A stretch of DNA of 64,000 nucleotides from Eledone cirrhosa (lineage: Eukaryota), in NCBI GenBank assembly GCA_964016885.1, contig OZ024742.1:348812001-348876000 (forward strand), read 5' to 3'. The translations under genes were made by a program, and so were the position numbers. The notes below the pieces were generated by a model. It saw only the letters and a program-made list of their open reading frames with translations, was not told the DNA's origin and ran no database searches. Below, one piece after another: positions 44,501 through 58,339 of this stretch; the first letter of the stretch is position 1, and each line of letters begins with the position of its first letter.

Positions 44501-47500
44501 TCTATGTCTCAATATGCTGACATTATTGACAGTGTAAAGCTCTTTATGTCTCAATATGGTGACATTATTGACAATGTAAAGCTCTCTATGTCTCAATATG
44601 GTGACATTATTGACAGTGTAAAACTCTCTATGTCTCAATATGGTGACATTATTGACAAATTGTAAAGCGCTCTATGTCTCAATATGGTGATATTATTGAC
44701 AGTGTAAAGCTCTCTATGATTCAATATAGCGACATTATTGACACAGTGTTAAGCTCTCTATGTCTCAATATGGCGACATTATTGACACAGTGTAAAATCT
44801 CTCTATGTCTCAATGTGGTGACATTATTGACACAGTGTAAAGCTCTCTATGTCTCAATATGGCGACATTATTGACACAGTGTAAAGCTCTCTATGTCTCA
44901 ATATGGCGACATTTTTGCTACAGTGTAGAGCTCTCTTTGTCTCAATATGGCGACATTATTGACAGTGTAAAGCTCTCTATGTCTCAATATGGCGTCATTA
45001 TTGATACAGTGTAGAGCTCTCTATGTCTCAATATGGTGACATTATTGACACAGTGTAAAGCTCTCTATTTCTTAATATGGTGACATTATTGACACAATGT
45101 AAAGCTCTCTAGGTCTCAATATGGTGACATTATTGACAGGGTAAAGCTCTCTATGTCTCAATATGGTGACATTATTGACACATTCAAAGCACTCTATGTC
45201 TCAATATGGCGACGTTATTGACAAAGTAAAGCCCTCTATGTCTTAATATGGCGACATTATTGACAGTGTAAAGCTCTCTATGTCTCAATATGGTGACATT
45301 ATTGACACAGTGTAAAGCTCTCAATGTCACAATATAGTAACATTATTGACACAGTGTAAAGCTCTCTAGGACTCAATATGGTGACATTATTGACAATGTA
45401 AAGCTCTCTATGTCTCAATATTCTGACATTATTGACACATTGTAAAGCGCTCTATGTCTCAATATGGTGACATCATTGACAGTGTAAAGCTCTGTATGTC
45501 TCAATATGGTGACATTATTGACAATGTAAAGCTCTCTATGTCTCAATATGGTGACATTATTGACAGTGTAAAGCCCTCTATGTCTCAATATGGTGACATT
45601 ATTGACAGTGTAAAGCTCTCATTGTCTCAATATGGCGACATTATTGACAAGGTAAAGCTCTCTATGTCTCAATATGGCGACATTATTGACACATTGTAAA
45701 GCGCTCTATGTCTCAATATGGTGACATCATTGACAGTGTAAAGCTCTGTATGTCTCAATATGGTGACATTATTGACAATGTAAAGCTTTCTATGTCTCAA
45801 TATGGTGACATTATTGACAGTGTAAAGCTCTCTATGTCTCAATATGGTGACATTATTGACACAGTGTAAAGCTCTCAATGTCTCAATATAGTAACATTAT
45901 TGACACAGTGTAAAGCTCTCTAGGACTCAATATGGTGACATTATTGACAATGTAAAGATCTCTATGTCTCAATATTCTGACATTATTGACACATTGTAAA
46001 GCGCTCTATGTCTCAATATGGCGACATTATTGGTACAGTGTAAAGCTTCTATGTCTCAATATGGTGAGTTTATTGACACAGTGTAAAGCTCTCTATGTCT
46101 CAATATGGTGACATTATTGACAATGTAAAGCTCTCTATGTCTCAATATGGTGACATTATTGACAGTGTAAAGCCCTCTATGTCTCAATATGGCGACATTA
46201 TTAACAATGTAAAGCTCTCTATGTCTCAATATGGTGACATTATTGACAGTGTAAAGCTCTCTATGTCTCAATATGGTGACATTATTGACACATTGTAAAG
46301 CTTTCTATGTCTCAATATGGTGAAATTATTGACAGTGTAAAACTCTCTATGTCTCAATATGGTGACATTATTGACAACGTAAAGCTCTCTATGTGTCAAT
46401 ATGGCGACATTATTGACAATATAAAGCTCTCTATGTCTCAATATGGCGACATTATTGACAATGTAAAGTTCTCTATGTCTCAATATGGTGATATTATTGA
46501 CAATGTAAAGCTCTCTATGTCTCAATATGGCGACATTATTGACAACGTAAAGCTCTCTATGTCTCAATATGGCGACATTATTGACAGTGTAAAGCTCTCT
46601 ATGTCTCAATATGCTGACATTATTGACACATTGTAAAGCTCTCTAGGTCTCAATATGGTGACATTATTGACAGGGTAAAGCTCTCTATGTCTCAATATGG
46701 TGACATTATTGACACATGTTAAAGCTCTCTATGTCTCAATATGGTGACATTATTGACAGTGTAAAGCTCTCTATGTCTTAATATGGCGACATTATTGAAA
46801 ATGTAAAGCTCTCTATGTCTCAATATGGTGAACTTATTGACAATGTAAAGCTCTCTATGTCTCAATATGGTGATATTATTGACAATGTAAAGCTCTCTAT
46901 GTCTCAATATGGCGACATTATTGACAGTGTAAAGCTCTCTATGTCTCAATATGGTGACATTATTGACACAGTGTAAAGCTCTCAATGTCTCAATATAGTA
47001 ACATTATTGACACAGTGTAAAGCTCTCTAGGACCCAATATGGTGACATTATTGACAATGTGAAGCTCTGTATGTCTCAATATTCTGACATTATTGACACA
47101 TTGTAAAGCGCTCTATGTCTCAATATGGTGACATCATTGACAGTGTAAAGCTCTGTATGTCTCAATATGGTGACATTATTGACAATGTAAAGCTCTCTAT
47201 GTCTCAATATGGTGACATTATTGACAGTGTAAAGCCCTCTATGTCTCAATATGGTGACATTATTGACAGTGTAAAGCTCTCATTGTCTCAATATGGCGAC
47301 ATTATTGACAATGTAAAGATCTCTATGTCTCAATATGGTGACATTATTGACAGTGTAAAGCTCTCTACGTCTCAATATGGCGACATTATTGACAATGTAA
47401 AGCTCTCTATGTCTCAATATGCTGACATTATTGACAGTGTAAAGCTCTCTATGTCTCAATATGGCGACGTTATTGACAAAGTAAAGCCCTCTATGTCTTA

Positions 47501-48495
47501 ATATGGCGACATTATTGACAGTGTAAAGCTCTCTATGTCTCAATATGGTGACATTATTGACACAGTGTAAAGCTCTCAATGCCACAATATAGTAACATTA
47601 TTGACACAGTGTAAAGCTCTCTAGGACTCAATATAGTGACATTATTGACAATGTAAAGCTCTCTATGTCTCAATATTCTGACATTATTGACACATTGTAA
47701 AGCGCTCTATGTCTCAATATGGTGACATCATTGACAGTGTAAAGCTCTCTATGTCTCAATATGGTGACATTATTGACAATGTAAAGCTCTCTATGTCTCA
47801 ATATGGTGACATTATTGACAGTGTAAAGCCCTCTATGTCTCAATATGGTGACATTATTGACAGTGTAAAGCTCTCATTGTCTCAATATGGCGACATTATT
47901 GACAAGGTAAAGCTCTCTATGTCTCAATATGGCGACATTATTGACACATTGTAAAGCGCTCTATGTCTCAATATGGTGACATCATTGACAGTGTAAAGCT
48001 CTGTATGTCTCAATATGGTGACATTATTGACAATGTAAAGCTTTCTATGTCTCAATATGGTGACATTATTGACAGTGTAAAGCTCTCTATGTTTCAATAT
48101 GGTGACATTATTGACACAGTGTAAAGCTCTCAATGTCTCAATATAGTAACATTATTGACACAGTGTAAAGCTCTCTAGGACTCAATATGGTGACATTATT
48201 GACAATGTAAAGATCTCTATGTCTCAATATTCTGACATTATTGACACATTGTAAAGCGCTCTATGTCTCAATATGGTGACCTTATTGACAGTGTAAAGCT
48301 CTCTATGTCTCAATATGGCGACATTATTGACAATGTAAAGCTCTCTATGTCTCAATATTCTGACATTATTGACAGTGTAAAGCTCTCTATGTCTCAATAT
48401 GGTGACATTATTGCCACAGTGTAAAGCTCTCTATGTCTCAATATGGCGATATTATTGATACAGTGTAAAGCTATCTGTCTCAATATGGCGACATT
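32086..48495 (+). repeat. Near-identical tandem duplication, unit 8195 bp (copies 32086-40280 and 40281-48475)
   Basis: Constant 8195 offset for the ORF pairs from 32473/40668 to 39729/47924. I found only about ten substitutions by eye and no length difference. Chimeric junction monomer at 40261-40320. Confidence 0.95.
34960..40075 (+). repeat. Older duplications nested inside the 8195-bp unit: block A (~34960-36340) recurs at ~37825-39250 (offset 2863/2905); block B (~37010-37815) recurs at ~39265-40075 (offset 2255)
   Basis: ORF pairs 34998/37861, 35619/38524, 36015/38920, 37259/39514 and 37474/39729. Private variants ggtgagttt, ggtgaaatt, ggaccc and gacaaggt. The same arrangement is repeated at +8195. 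Confidence 0.85.
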
Positions 48496-51400
48496 ATTGG
48501 TACAGTGTAAAGCTTCTATGTCTCAATATGGTGAGATTATTGACACAGTGTAAAGCTCTCTATGTCTCAATATGGTGACATTATTGACAATGTAAAGCTC
48601 TCTATGTCTCAATATGGTGACATTATTGACATTGTAAAGCTCTCTATGTCTCAATATGGTGACATTATTGACAATGTAAAGCTCTCTATGTCTCAATATG
48701 GTGACATTATTGACAGTGTAAAGCCCTCTATGTCTCAATATGGTGACATTATTGACAGTGTAAAGCTCTCTATGTCTCAATATGGCGACATTATTGACAA
48801 TGTAAAGCTCTCTATGTCTCAATATGGTGACATTATTGACAGTGTAAAGCTCTCTATGTCTCAATATGGCGACATTATTGACAATGTAAAGCTCTCTATG
48901 TCTCAATATGCTGACATTATTGACAGTGTAAAGCTCTCTATGTCTCAATATGGTGACATTATTGACACAGTGTAAAGCTCTCTATGTCTCAATATGGCGA
49001 CATTATTGATACAGTGTAAAGCTCACTGTCTCAATATGGCGAGATTATTGACAATGTAAAGCTTTCTATGTCTCAATATGGCGACATTATTGACACAGTG
49101 TAAAGCTCTATATGTCTCAATATAGCGACATTTTTGACAATGTAAAGCTCTCTATGTCTCAATATAGCGCCATTATTGACAATGTAAAGCTCTCTATGTC
49201 TCAATATAGTGACATTATTGACAACGTAAAGCTCTCTATGTCTCAATATAGCGCCATTATTGACAATGTAAATCATTCTATGTCTCAATATGGTGACATT
49301 ATTGACATAGTGTAAAGCACTCTATGTCTCAATATGGCAACATTATTGACAATGTAAAGCTCTCTATGTCTCAATATGGCGACATTATTGACAGAGTGTA
49401 AAGCTCTCTATGTCTCAATATGGTGATATTATTGACAGTGTAAAGCTCTCTATGATTCAATATAGCGACATTATTGACACAGTGTAAAGCTCTGTATGTC
49501 TCAATATGGCGACATTATTGATACAGTGTAAAGCTCTCTATGTCTCAATATGGCGACATTTTTGCTACAGTATAGAGCTCTCTTTGTCTCAATATGGCGA
49601 CATTATTGACAGTGTAAAGCTCTCTATGTCTCAATATGGCGACATTATTGATACAGTGTAGAGCTCTCTATGTCTCAATATGGTGCCATTATTGACACGG
49701 TGTAAAGCTCTCTATTTCTCAATATGGTGACATTATTGACACAGTGTAAAGCTCTCTAGGTCTCAACATGGTGACATTATTGACAGTGTAAAGCTCTCAT
49801 TGTCTCAATATGGCGACATTATTGACAATGTAAAGCTCTCTATGTCTCAATATTCTGACATTATTGACACAATGTAAAGCGCTCTATGTCTCAATATGGT
49901 GACATCATTGACAGTGTAAAGTTCTCTGTCTCAATATGGCGACATTATTGGTACAGTGTAAAGCTTCTATGTCACAATATGGTGAGATTATTGACACAGT
50001 GTAAAGCTCTCTATGTCTCAATATGGTGACATTATTGACAATGTAAAGCTCTCTATGTCTCAATATGGCGACATTATTGATACAGTGTAAAGCTCTCTAT
50101 GTCTCAATATGGCGACATTATTGATACAGTGTAAAGCTCTCTATGTCTCAATATGGTGATATTATTGACAAAGTAAAGCCCTCTATGTCTCAATATGGTG
50201 ACATTATTGACAATGTAAAGCTCTCTATGTCTCAATATGGTGACATTATTGACACAGTGTAAAGCTCTCAATGTCACAATATAGTAACATTATTGACACA
50301 GTGTAAAGCTCTCTAGGACTCAATATGGTGACATTATTGACAATGTAAAGCTCTCTATGTCTCAATATTCTGACATTATTGACACATTGTAAAGCGCTCT
50401 ATGTCTCAATATGGTGACATCATTGACAGTGTAAAGCTCTGTATGTCTCAATATGGTGACATTATTGACAATGTAAATCTCTCTATGTCTCAATATGGTG
50501 ACATTATTGACAGTGTAAAGCCCTCTATGTCTCAATATGGTGACATTATTGACAGTGTAAAGCTCTCATTGTCTCAATATGGCGACATTATTGACAATGT
50601 AAAGCTCTCTATGTCTAAATATTCTGACATTATTGACACATTGTAAAGCGCTCTATGTCTCAATATGGTGACATCATTGACAGTGTAAAGCTCTGTATGT
50701 CTCAATATGGTGACATTATTGACAATGTAAAGCTCTCTATGTCTCAATATGGTGACATTATTGACACAGTGTAAAGCTCTCAATGTCTCAATATAGTAAC
50801 ATTATTGACACAGTGTAAAGCTCTCTATGTCTCAATATGGTGACATTATTGACAATGTAAAGCTCTCTATGTCTCAATATGGTGACATTATTGACAGTGT
50901 AAAGCTCTCTATGTCTCAATATGGTGACATTATTGACACATTGTAAAGCGCTCTATGTCTCAATATGGTGATATTATTGACAGTGTAAAGCTCTCTATGA
51001 TTCAATATAGCGACATTATTGACACAGTGTTAAGCTCTCTATGTCTCAATATGGCGACATTATTGACACAGTGTAAAATCTCTCTATGTCTCAATGTGGT
51101 GACATTATTGACACAGTGTAAAGCTCTCTATGTCTCAATATGGCGACATTATTGACACAGTGTAAAGCTCTCTATGTCTCAATATGGCGACATTTTTGCT
51201 ACAGTGTAGAGCTCTCTTTGTCTCAATATGGCGACATTATTGACAGTGTAAAGCTCTCTATGTCTCAATATGGCGTCATTATTGATACAGTGTAGAGCTC
51301 TCTATGTCTCAATATGGTGACATTATTGACACAGTGTAAAGCTCTCTATTTCTTAATATGGTGACATTATTGACACAATGTAAAGCTCTCTATGTCTCAA

Positions 51401-53900
51401 TATGGTGACATTATTGACAGGGTAAAGCTCTCTATGTCTCAATATGGTGACATTATTGACACATTTAAAGCACTCTATGTCTCAATATGGCGACGTTATT
51501 GACAAAGTAAAGCCCTCTATGTCTTAATATGGCGACATTATTGACAGTGTAAAGCTCTCTATGTCTCAATATGGTGACATTATTGACACAGTGTAAAGCT
51601 CTCTAGGACTCAATATGGTGACATTATTGACAATGTAAAGCTCTCTATGTCTCAATATTCTGACATTATTGACACATTGTAAAGCGCTCTATGTCTCAAT
51701 ATGGTGACATCATTGACAGTGTAAAGCTCTGTATGTCTCAATATGGTGACATTATTGACAATGTAAAGCTCTCTATGTCTCAATATGGTGACATTATTGA
51801 CAGTGTAAAGCCCTCTATGTCTCAATATGGTGACATTATTGACAGTGTAAAGCTCTCATTGTCTCAATATGGCGACATTATTGACAAGGTAAAGCTCTCT
51901 ATGTCTCAATATGGCGACATTATTGACACATTGTAAAGCGCTCTATGTCTCAATATGGTGACATCATTGACAGTGTAAAGCTCTGTATGTCTCAATATGG
52001 TGACATTATTGACAATGTAAAGCTCTCTATGTCTCAATATGGTGACATTATTGACAGTGTAAAGCTCTCTATGTCTCAATATGGTGACATTATTGACACA
52101 GTGTAAAGCTCTCAATGTCTCAATATAGTAACATTATTGACACAGTGTAAAGCTCTCTAGGACTCAATATGGTGACATTATTGACAATGTAAAGATCTCT
52201 ATGTCTCAATATTCTGACATTATTGACACATTGTAAAGCGCTCTATGTCTCAATATGGTGACCTTATTGACAGTGTAAAGCTCTCTATGTCTCAATATGG
52301 CGACATTATTGACAATGTAAAGCTCTCTATGTCTCAATATTCTGACATTATTGACAGTGTAAAGCTCTCTATGTCTCAATATGGTGACATTATTGCCACA
52401 GTGTAAAGCTCTCTATGTCTCAATATGGCGATATTATTGATACAGTGTAAAGCTATCTGTCTCAATATGGTGACATTATTGGTACTGTGTAAAGCTTCTA
52501 TGTCTCAATATGGTGAGATTATTGACACAGTGTAAAGCTCTCTATGTCTCAATATGGTGACATTATTGACAATGTAAAGCTCTCTATGTCTCAATATGGT
52601 GACATTATTGACATTGTAAAGCTCTCTATGTCTCAATATGGTGACATTATTGACAATGTAAAGCTCTCTATGTCTCAATATGGTGACATTATTGACAGTG
52701 TAAAGCCCTCTATGTCTCAATATGGTGACATTATTGACAGTGTAAAGCTCTCATTGTCTCAATATGGCGACATTATTGACAATGTAAAGCTCTCTATGTC
52801 TCAATATGGTGACATTATTGACAGTGTAAAGCTCTCTATGTCTCAATATGGCGACATTATTGACAATGTAAAGCTCTCTATGTCTCAATATGCAGACATT
52901 ATTGACAGTGTAAAGCTCTCTATGTCTCAATATGGTGACATTATTGATACAGTGTAAAGCTCTCTATGTCTCAATATGGCGACATTATTGATACAGTGTA
53001 AAGCTCACTGTCTCAATATGGCGACATTATTGACAATGTAAAGCTTTCTATGTCTCAATATGGCGACATTATTGACACAGTGTAAAGCTCTATATGTCTC
53101 AATATAGCGACATTTTTGACAATGTAAAGCTCTCTATGTCTCAATATAGCGCCATTATTGACAATGTAAAGCTCTCTATGTCTCAATATAGTGACATTAT
53201 TGACAACGTAAAGCTCTCTATGTCTCAATATAGCGCCATTATTGACAATGTAAATCATTCTATGTCTCAATATGGTGACATTATTGACATAGTGTAAAGC
53301 ACTCTATGTCTCAATATGGCAACATTATTGACAATGTAAAGCTCTCTATGTCTCAATATGGCGACATTATTGACAGAGTGTAAAGCTCTCTATGTCTCAA
53401 TATGGTGATATTATTGACAGTGTAAAGCTCTCTATGATTCAATATAGCGACATTATTGACACAGTGTAAAGCTCTCTATGTCTCAATATGGCGATATTAT
53501 TGACACAGTGTAAATCTCTCTATGTCTCAATATGGTGACATTATTGACACAGTATAAAGCTCTCTATGTCTCAATATGGCGACATTATTGACACAGTGTA
53601 AAGCTCTCTATGTCTCAATATGGCGACATTTTTGCTACAGTGTAGAGCTCTCTTTGTCTCAATATGGCGACATTATTGACAGTGTAAAGCTCTCTATGTC
53701 TCAATATGGCGACATTATTGATACAGTGTAGAGCTCTCTATGTCTCAATATGGTGACATTATTGACACGGTGTAAAGCTCTCTATTTCTCAATATGGTGA
53801 CATTATTGACACAGTGTAAAGCTCTCTAGGTCTCAACATGGTGACATTATTGACAGTGTAAAGCTCTCATTGTCTCAATATGGCGACATTATTGACAATG
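47600..53900 (+). repeat. Spaced duplication: ~47600-49830 recurs at ~51580-53900 (offset 3982, later 4070)
   Basis: ORF pairs 47709/51691, 48523/52505 and 49073/53055. Private variants gaccttatt (48281/52263), ttgccacag (48411/52393) and gctcactg (49021/53003). Confidence 0.88.
49770..50780 (+). repeat. Block shared with ~25780-26660 (offset 23982) and ~54190-54920 (offset 4368)
   Basis: The rare 40-bp variant agtgtaaagttctctgtctc is at 25931, 49913 and 54281 with the same flanking monomer order. ORF starts 26419/50401/54769. Confidence 0.8.
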
Positions 53901-56900
53901 TAAAGCTTTCTATGTCTCAATATGGCGACATTATTGACACAGTGTAAAGCTCTATATGTCTCAATATAGCGACATTTTTGACAATGTAAAGCTCTCAATG
54001 TCTCAATATAGCGCCATTATTGACAATGTAAAGCTCTCTATGTCTCAATATAGTGACATTATTGACAACGTAAAGCTCTCTATGTCTCAAAATAGCGCCA
54101 TTATTGACAATGTAAATCATTCTATGTCTCAATATGGTGACATTATTGACATAGTGTAAAGCACTCTATGTCTCAATATGGCAACATTATTGACAATGTA
54201 AAGCTCTCTATGTCTCAATATTCTGACATTATTGACACAATGTAAAGCGCTCTATGTCTCAATATGGTGACATCATTGACAGTGTAAAGTTCTCTGTCTC
54301 AATATGGCGACATTATTGGTACAGTGTAAAGCTTCTATCTCACAATATGGTGAGATTATTGACACAGTGTAAAGCTCTCTATGTCTCAATATGGTGACAT
54401 TATTGACAATGTAAAGCTCTCTATGTCTCAATATGGCGACATTATTGATACAGTGTAAAGCTCTCTATGTCTCAATATGGCGACATTATTGATACAGTGT
54501 AAAGCTCTCTATGCCTCAATATGGTGATATTATTGACAAAGTAAAGCCCTCTATGTCTCAATATGGTGACATTATCGACAATGTAAAGCTCTCTATGTCT
54601 CAATATGGTGACATTATTGACACAGTGTAAAGCTCTCAATGTCACAATATAGTAACATTATTGACACAGTGTAAAGCTCTCTAGGACTCAATATGGTGAC
54701 ATTATTGACAATGTAAAGCTCTCTATGTCTCAATATTCTGACATTATTGACACATTGTAAAGCGCTCTATGTCTCAATATGGTGACATCATTGACAGTGT
54801 AAAGCTCTGTATGTCTCAATATGGTGACATTATTGACAATGTAAAGCTCTCTATGTCTCAATATGGTGACATTATTGACAGTGTAAAGCCCTCTATGTCT
54901 CAATATGGTGACATTATTGACAGTGTAAAGCTCTCTATGTCTCAATATGGCGACATTATTGACAGTGTAAAGCTCTCTATGTCTCAATATGCTGACATTA
55001 TTGACAGTGTAAAGCTCTCTATGTCTAAATATGGTGACATTATTGACACAGTGTAAAGCTCTCTATGTCTCAATATGGCGACATTATTGATACAGTGTAA
55101 AGCTATATGTCTCAATATGGCGATATTATTGGTACAGTGTAAAGATTCTATGTCTCAATATGGTGAGATTATTGACACAGTGTAAAGCTCTCTATGTCTC
55201 AATATGGTGACATTATTGACAGTGTAAAGCTCTATATGTCTCAATATGGCGACATTATTAACAATGTAAAGCTCTCTATGTCTCAATATTCTGACATTAT
55301 TGACACATTGTAAAGCGCTCTATGTCTCAATATGGTGACATTATTGACAGTGTAAAGCCCTCTATGTCTCAATATGGTGACATTATTGACAGTGTAAAGC
55401 TCTCATTGTCTCAATATGGCGACATTATTGACAATGTAAAGCTCTCTATGTCTCAATATTCTGACATTATTGACACAATGTAAAGCTCTCTATGTCTCAA
55501 TATGGCGACATTATTGACAATGTAAAGCTCTCTATGTCTCAATATGCTGACATTATTGACAGTGTAAAGCTCTCTATGTCTCAATATGGTGACATTATTG
55601 ACAATGTAAAGCTCTCTATGTCTCAATATGGCGACATTATTGATACAGTGTAAAGCTCTCTATGTCTCAATATGGCGACATTATTGATACAGTGTAAAGC
55701 TCTCTATATCTCAATATGATGATATTATTGACAAAGTAAAGCCCTCTATGTCTCAATATGGTGACATTATTGACACAGTGTAAAGCTCTCAATGTCACAA
55801 TATAGTAAATTATTGACACAGTGTAAAGCTCTCTAGGACTCAATATGGTGACATTATTGACAATGTAAAGCTCTCTATGTCTCAATATTCTGACATTATT
55901 GACACATTGTAAAGCGCTCTATGTCTCAATATGGTGACATCATTGACAGTGTAAAGCTCTCATTGTCTCAATATGGCGACATTATTGACAATGTAAAGCT
56001 CTCTATGTCTCAATATTCTGACATTATTGACACATTGTAAAGCGCTCTATGTCTCAATATGGTGACATCATTGACAGTGTAAAGCTCTGTATGTCTCAAT
56101 ATGGTGACATTATTGACAATGTAAAGCTCTCTATGCCTCAATATGGTGACATTATTGACAGTGTAAAGCTCTCTATGTCTCAATATGGCGACATTATTGA
56201 CAACGTAAAGCTCTCTATGTGTCAATATGGCGACATTATTGACAACGTAAAGCTCTCTATGTCTCAATATGGCGACATTATTGACAATGTAAAGCTCTCT
56301 ATGTCTCAATATGGTGATATTATTGACAATGTAAAGCTCTCTATGTCTCAATATGGCGACATTATTGACAACCTAAAGCTCTCTATGTCTCAATATGGCG
56401 ACATTATTGACAGTGTAAAGCTCTCTATGTCTCAATATGTCGACATTATTGACACATTGTAAAGCTCTCTAGGTCTCAATATGGTGACATTATTGACAGG
56501 GTAAAGCTCTCTATGTCTCAATATGGTGACATTATTGACACATGTTAAAGCTCTCTATGTCTCAATATGGTGACATTATTGACAGTGTAAAGCTCTCTAT
56601 GTCTCAATATGGTGATATTATTGACAATGTAAAGCTCTCTATGTCTCAATATGGCGACATTATTGACAAAGTAAAGCTCTCTATGTCTCAATATGGCGAC
56701 ATTATTGACAGTGTAAAGCTCTCTATGTCTCAATATGGTGACATTATTGACACAGTGTAAAGCTCTCAATGTCTCAATATAGTAACATTATTGACACAGT
56801 GTAAAGCTCTCTAGGACTCAATATGGTGACATTATTGACAATGTAATGCTCTCTATGTCTCAATATTCTGACATTATTGACACACTGTAAAGCGCTCTAT

Positions 56901-58339
56901 GTCTCAATATGGTGACATCATTGACAGTGTAAAGCTCTGTATGTCTCAATATGGTGACATTATTGACAATGTAAAGCTCTCTATGTCTCAATATGGTGAC
57001 ATTATTGACAGTGTAAAGCCCTCTATGTCTCAATATGGTGACATTATTGACCGTGTAAAGCTCTCATTGTCTCAATATGGCGACATTATTGACAATGTAA
57101 AGCTCTCTATGTCTCAATATGGTGACATTATTGACAGTGTAAAGCTCTCTATGTCTCAATATGGCGACATTATTGACAATGTAAAGCTCTCTATGTCTCA
57201 ATATGCTGACATTATTGACAGTGTAAAGCTCTCTATGTCTCAATATGGTGACATTATTGACACAGTGTAAAGCTCACTATGTCTCAATATGGCGACATTA
57301 TTGATACAGTGTAAAGCTCTCTGTCTCAATATGGCGACATTATTGACAATGTAAAGCTTTCTATGTCTCAATATGGCGACATTATTGACACAGTGTAAAG
57401 GTCTATATGTCTCAATATAGCGACATTATTGACAATGTAAAGCTCTCTATGTCTCAATATAGCGCCATTATTGACAATGTAAAGCTCTCTATGTCTCAAT
57501 ATAGTGACATTATTGACAATGTAAAGCTCTCTATGTCTCAATATGGTGACATTATTGACAGTGTAAAGCTCTCTATGTCTCAATATCGCGACATTATTGA
57601 CATTGTAAAGCTCTCTATGTCTCAATATGGCGACATTATTGAGACAGTGTAAAGGTTTCTATATCACAATATGGCGACATTATTGACAATGTAAAGCTCT
57701 CTATGTCTCAATATAGTGACATTATTGACAATGTAAAGCTCTCTATGTCTCAATATGGCGACATTATTGACAATGTAAATCATTCTATGTCTCAATATGG
57801 TGACATTATTGACATAGTGTAAAGCACTCTATGTCTCAATATGGCAACATTATTGACAATGTAAAGCTCTCTATGTCTCAATATGGCGACATTATTGACA
57901 GAGTGTAAAGCTCTCTATGTCTCAATATGGTGATATTATTGACAGTGTAAAGCTCTCTATGATTCAATATAGCGACATTATTGACACAGTGAAAAGCTCT
58001 CTATGTCTCAATATGGCGATATTATTGACACAGTGTAAATCTCTCTATGTCTCAATATGGTGACATTATTGACACAGTGTAAAGCTCTCTATGTCTCAAT
58101 ATGGCGACATTATTGACACAGTGTAAAGCTCTCTACGTCTCAATATGGCGACATTTTTGCTACAGTGTAGAGCTCTCTTTGTCTCAATATGGCGACATTA
58201 TTGACAGTGTAAAGCTCTCTATGTCTCAATATGGCGACATTATTGATACAGTGTAGAGCTCTCTATGTCTCAATATGGTGACATTATTGACACAGTGTAA
58301 AGCTCTCTATTTCTCAATATGGTGACATTATTGACACAG

